From positions 10,481,355-10,545,354 of the forward strand of contig CAVNZM010000006.1 in the NCBI GenBank assembly GCA_963693365.1: a DNA stretch of 64,000 nt, written 5' to 3'. Source of the DNA: Amoebidium appalachense. Lineage: Eukaryota; Protista; Ichthyosporea. Every line of letters begins with the position of its first letter. The stretch's first letter is position 1. The notes beneath the pieces were generated by a model. It searched no databases and was not told where the DNA came from. It saw only the letters and a program-made list of their open reading frames with translations. The translations under genes and the position numbers were made by a program. Below, one piece after another: positions 58,586 through 64,000 of this stretch.

Positions 58586-61500
58586 TTAAACACAGCGGCG
58601 TGGCATGCTGATGATCCAGTCGACCAGATTACCGCACGAGATGCCGCAGCCACCGGTGCTGGCGATGGCCTGGAAGCGAATGCCCGTGCGGTTTTGGCCG
58701 GGGGGGCACCACGTAGTAGGTGGTGAAGCGCTGCCAGCCGGCCTTGCCGGTGTTGAACCGCCCCAGGCTGGTGGTGAGCCCAGTCATCCCAGTGGTTGTC
58801 TCGGGCCCGGCAAAGACCTCTAGTGTGTCGTTGCCGTCACGGCCGCGGTGTGAAAATGTGAACGCAATCTCGTCACCGGGCACGGTGTTGAAGTACTACT
58901 GGTACAACGCCCCGTTGATGTTTGCATTGATCTCGGCCCACTGGTTGCCTCGGGCGGCCGTGTAGCTGTACATGCCATTCTTCCAGATCTCAATCGCCCT
59001 ATCGGTGATCTTCCAGCCGGGCACCCAGCTAGGGTCGTACTGGTTGCCGGTTGGGAGGACAGGCATCTCAAAGTCACCGTTGACGAACCCGTAGGAGGCA
59101 TCGGTGCAGGTGCTATTGTCGTAAACTGTGGTGGGGAAAGCATTTGTTAGCATGGCCATGGCGCCTACAACAAACTGTAGTGCTCAGCGGACAGCCGCGT
59201 GGCCAAGCAAAGGGTGATCATTACAACAGGCTGCCAGGCACAGACACACCACGAGCAAAATGAGGTGTTGTGTTGGGGAGGACACCAACCTGGCACACGT
59301 GTAGCGTGTTGGCTGCATGTCGATGGCATCGATGAAGTTGCCGACGGACAGCTGGCCGCTTGCAGAGCTGATGGCCTCAGCGAAGGCAAGAGTGATGTTG
59401 CGCATGCCCTCAGGCACCACGTCCACTTGAGTGTGTAGCGCGCCCAGGCCTTCCCGGTGGAGAACGTGCCCAGGCTCTCAGTGGCATTGCCCTTGGGCCC
59501 AACCAACACTTCAATCGTGTCCACACCGGCGCTGCCTCGGTGGGAGAAGGAGAATTCAGTGAGCTCATCGGTAGGGGTCTGGTAGATGTCCAGGGACAGG
59601 GTGCCGGCAATGAATGCGTTGATCTCTGCGTGCTGGTTGCCGCGTGCCGACGCCACATCATTGAACCCGCTCTGCCAAACCTCGATGGAAGTGTCGGTGG
59701 TTCTCCAGCCAGGCACACCGGGGATGGGGCTCTCAGGCTGAACCTGGCTGACGGTGGGAGCACCGGGGGCTGTCCGGGGGATGACGGGGAGCTCAAAGTT
59801 CCCGTTGACAAACTGGAAGGTGGTGTTGCTGCACGACCCATATCTGTATTCTGTGCAGCAACCATGCCGTCAGAATATGGGCACAACAGATCCATGAGCC
59901 ATTTTTATTTGGAATTGATGGTGTATGGTGTGCTAACCTTGCCATAATCTGTAGATAGTGCCGAATAGTATGTACAACGGTTGCAAAATTTTTTTTCACC
60001 CGGTACTAGGCCGTATAGGATGCGTCTATCGGGTTCTCAAGTTGACCATGACGTTTTTGATTACTGCAATGTTCCCTTTTTCATTTTTTCCCCCTTTCTT
60101 TCTTTCTTTCTTATTTTTATTTATTTATTTTTTTTTGGGGGGGGGGGGTGTAGAGGGGGGGGGGGGGGGGGGGGGTTGCAGGCCAAAGTGTCGTCCAGGC
60201 CAAAGTGTTGTCATCTCTAATTAAAATCCAGGTCGTCAAATTTGACTGGTCTAGGGGGAATATCGGGCAGGCCAAAATGCCCCCCCCCCCCCCCCCCCCC
60301 CTACTACTACTACCCTGGGTGACAGGGGGGTCAGAGGGTTTGGGTTTTTTATCATCTTGGTGCAAATATTGTATTCGGGGGGGACCAGGGGGGGGGGGGG
60401 GGGGGGGGGTTGTGGTATAATCATTATAGTGTCCTGAGCTTGTTGCTTTGTGTGTTGGTCGAAAAGAAATCATGGCCACTGATAGCAGGATTTTACCAAC
60501 TCGTTGCAAATGAGTGGTTTGTATGTATTTATCGAGTTGCATTTACCTTACAGAAGCCATAATACACCAGTATGATATAGTCGTAATCATCTTGTATTCT
60601 TAATCATTCTTACATCACAATGTTAAAGTGGGTTTACATAGACTAAGTACCGCTCACATGGAATAAACCCCGGGCCCCCCGCCGGCGGACAGCATATATA
60701 TTTTGTATGTTTTAGTTGTCACTACGTTAAAGAACCATACACAGCAGCCAATTCATGTTATATTCGTAAATATCTTCTATGCATAATTTTCAATCTTGAT
60801 CTTATACTTATACACCTACATGAAATAAACCCAGACAGCATGCAACCAGCACATTCATGGTGTATTTAAATACGAGCCGGTATTAAGTCCTTCATTCCAG
60901 TTCAAACGATAAATGGCATGTTGGCAGCAAAAAAAAACAAAAAAGCCCCCCCCCCCCCCCCCCCCCCACCTGGTACGTGCGGTCATCACAGCTGGGTGCC
61001 GCTGCGGCGAACACTGGCAGTTAGTACAAGTTTGCTGGCTCATTGGATGACTCAGCCATCCCTGAGCTTGTTCGACATGTATAGTGACTGAATGAGGTAC
61101 TAGCTCCTGCTGCTGCACAGAAACTTCGGTATACACTTTTGCCAACCGTTGCCATTTTGATATGGGCCCATGCTGGGCGCTATAGTATTGAATAGAAATA
61201 AGAGAATCTGATAAGATAGTATATAATCATTACTCTCAGGCTACAACCAACTCAGTAGTGGAGTAGTAGTACATGTAACTAGACTCCATGACTCGTTGTA
61301 ACCAATTGCAATATCGTATCACTCACCAGCACAGCAGAACGCAGCTGTGCACCCCGTGGTAGGGCAGGGGGTATTTGCGTGCAGGGTGTTCAGCATCTGG
61401 TTGGCCCCACAGGAGTAATTCTCGGACATGCATGTTAATTTTTTTTGCTTGCAGCACATGGCAAAGGTGCAGCCACTGTTGGGGCACACGTCGGGCGCCG

Positions 61501-61800
61501 TGGGGCTGGGATCACCTCCACCTCCTGCACAGTTGAAGACTGAGCACTTCAGGTTGTACAGATTGATGGCCGTGGAGCGCGGAATCACATCGCCATCAGC
61601 TGCAGGAATGCAAGATATGTTAGCAGGCCCAACCCACTGGCAGGTCGGAGTACTAGTAAAACTTTGGGTCACCAATGCAGCAGTGGAGTTATCTGGGCTT
61701 CCCCACAGTGTCACAGCCGCCTTCAACCCCCCATCACCGCTACATACTGCTGTGGAGCAAAATGCCGCCAGCTCTGAGGGTGGGGCATCGATGGCCGTGC
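58586..61800 (-). pseudogene. Probably extracellular modular protein: Cys-rich repeats plus two bacterial-type (DUF642/galactose-binding-like) domains; reading frame disrupted (pseudogene or error-rich assembly)
   Basis: Exon 61800-61327 (Cys-rich). Possible mini-exon 61001-60970. Exon 59850-59290: FVNGNFELP...VPGWRTTDTSIEVWQSGF...GNQHAEINA...FSHRG...GNFIDAI. Exon 59125-58586: FVNGDFEMP...VPGWKITDRAIEIW...GNQWAEINA...LYQ*...FSHRGRDG...GNLVD. Lesions near 59423, near 59300, TAG at 58896-58898, and an extra C at 58700-58706. A degraded signal-peptide exon may lie at 62112-62012. Confidence 0.72.
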
Positions 61801-61941
61801 CTGGCCATGAGCACACAACCAGTTGCAATAGTTTGAAACTCTGGAAGGCACGGGATGTCACGCGCTGCTGCCCTCTACTCTGCCCCCCCCCCCCCCCCCC
61901 CCCCCCCCCTCCCCCTCCCCGGGGGGCCCCTCCCCCGGCGC

Positions 61942-61972
<31 letters not shown>

Positions 61973-62325
61973 AGAAAAGAAACACCACGAAGTTGGAATA
62001 CTGGCCGTGACTTGAACAGGCTACTCGCGCCGTCACGGTAGAGCGCGTCTGGGCATGATAGTCGCGGTGGCTAACAACGCCTCTACTGTACTCCCGATTG
62101 CACTCGTACCATGATTGTGCAAACACATTTAAAATATTTTTTCTGTAGTGTTCTTAAAACGAGCTTGAGTCAATAACCGAGAGACTTTCTTCGCAAATTA
62201 TTCAGTTCAGCAAACTCGAGTACATAAACCGAAGTTCACCGTTACGCCACACCAAGGGTCATAACTGTTGAAAATTCTGCTATGATAACTAATTCAAATC
62301 ATTTATTGCATGCTGAGTTCAGAGT

Positions 62326-62592
62326 GTCTTCATTCATCTGTTTCCACTAAGAGTGCACAAAATAAAATCAATCCCCAAGATAATTTCTTCGTAAATTCTG
62401 TTAGCAGAAAACACGGAGGAATAATAGTGAAGTTTAATCCGTCTTCATTCGTCTGCCACGGTTTCCACTGAGAGTGCACAAAAAAATTCTTTGCAAATGC
62501 AGGTTAGAAAAACACATCTGGTTTTACTAAGAGTGCGCAAAACAAAGTTTATCCCCAAGAGAATTTCTTCGTAAATCCGGGTTAGAAAACAC
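62326..62592. repeat. Degenerate direct repeats, 3 copies
   Basis: TTT(C/T)(C/T)ACT(A/G)AGAGTGC(A/G)CAAAA near 62341, 62462 and 62522. ATCCCCAAGA.AATTTCTTCGTAAAT occurs twice and GTTAG..AAAACAC three times. Confidence 0.75.
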
Positions 62593-63149
62593 AAGAGCCG
62601 TCTTGAACTGAAGTTTATCGTGTGCCACAATACCTTGCGTACCGTACAAGGCCCTCTGATAATCACCAGCGGCTCCGAGTCAGTGTGACTTGAACTGACT
62701 GCTGAAGCTTTTAATGTCTTCATTCACGTAATTTGAAGTGCAACGGCATGTACAAATAATTGCAATTCGCAACGAAGTGGCAAGCTTTCACAACGAAAAT
62801 CCTGCCTCTATTCACCAGGCCCGGAATCCCTACAGCTGATAACTTTGTCATCGGATAATAATGCGGCGCACACTGTTGAATTCAATTGCAAGCTTCAGTG
62901 AAAGCTTTATGGGACTTAGGTGGGGACTTACATTTGCGTTTGCAGCACACGCACACACTGACTGAGTGAACCTTTTTTTATTATTATCAATGGCATCGGT
63001 TTAGCGCTCGGCTTCAAGCCCATTGCGCGACAAAAGTGTGTAACACACAGGCCAAGTGTGACACAAACCACACAGTCTGTCAGACACACACCTGGCAGTG
63101 TACACGTCAAACACCGTGACACGTTTAAACACACATACACACACACACA

Positions 63150-63258
<109 letters not shown>

Positions 63259-64000
63259 CCCACACACACACGCACACAGTGTGACGCAAACACACACACA
63301 CACACACATGTACACTGGCATGTCACACACACACACACACACACACACAGTGTCACACACACACTGTGAGTGACTGACACCGTACACAAACACACAGTGC
63401 CACACACATTGTGACATACACATGTCACGTACACACATCATCACACACGCACAAACACACACACACCGTCGGCACACTGTCACACAGACAGACTCAGTGT
63501 CACACGCGCAGACACACACACAAATACACACACACACACACAGCAGCCTAATGGCCACATACAAACACAGTCATACACACACACACTGTTGAAGTACGTA
63601 GTTTGTACATGTGTAAGATCTTTCAGTTTGTGTTTATGATTCAGTTCATAGCATTAATGTAAAAGTCACCCTCCTTGTTCGTAAAATTGTTAATCGATCT
63701 CAAATATGTTTTCGTGTCTGTAATCGTGTCATATTGGGTCTAATCGTGTGTTGATCTAAAGATTAGAATATAGATATGTGCCTGCACGAATCCACTCAGT
63801 AGGAGTGCTCGTGCACATGTTTGTGTGTACATGAATATCTTATGTTGTAACTGTGCTATCGTGTTCATGTTTGTTGTTCTGTGTTCCTCTCTTTTTCTCT
63901 CTTCTCTTCTTCTCTTTTCTTTCCTCCTTTTCCCTGGTGTTCATGTGTGTGATCACTGTTCTTTCTCACTAATATACGTTGAGTCAATTCGTGTGAAGTA

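Noticed and set aside
58896-58898. TAG as evidence of an alternative genetic code or pyrrolysine
   Set aside because: TAG is the normal stop for the EEP, protease 2 and UGDH genes here. This codon aligns as an extra 3-nt duplication among other insertion-like lesions.
58586-59850. Bacterial contamination or chimeric contig
   Set aside because: The domains are separated by a GT-AG intron with a branch point and are embedded in host-typical poly-G/C sequence.

Overview
Eukaryotic, intron-dense genomic DNA, saturated with poly-G/poly-C runs and (CA)n/(GA)n/(GCGT)n microsatellites. Gene content and intron positions suggest an opisthokont, plausibly a unicellular holozoan; this is inference only. 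Most ORFs in the supplied track are translations of simple repeats. Splicing exons by hand gives eight genes: (1) a secreted trypsin-family protease (minus strand, runs off the left edge); (2) a 13-exon isovaleryl-CoA dehydrogenase (minus) head-to-head with (3) an intronless EEP/CCR4-like phosphoesterase; (4) an intronless LHFPL/TMHS-like tetraspan protein; (5) a second, membrane-anchored trypsin paralogue with a 1-nt frameshift; (6) a 29-exon C2CD5 orthologue; (7) UDP-glucose 6-dehydrogenase (minus); (8) a lesioned gene (minus) combining Cys-rich repeats with two copies of a bacterial-type secreted beta-sandwich domain. The most notable observations are an unusual splicing grammar (poly-C tracts right after degenerate donors, acceptors without polypyrimidine tracts or sitting on (CA)n, one probable GC donor), the HGT-candidate modular gene with its frameshifts and in-frame TAG, and a short dispersed repeat family. 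No rRNA, tRNA, CRISPR array or transposase was recognised.
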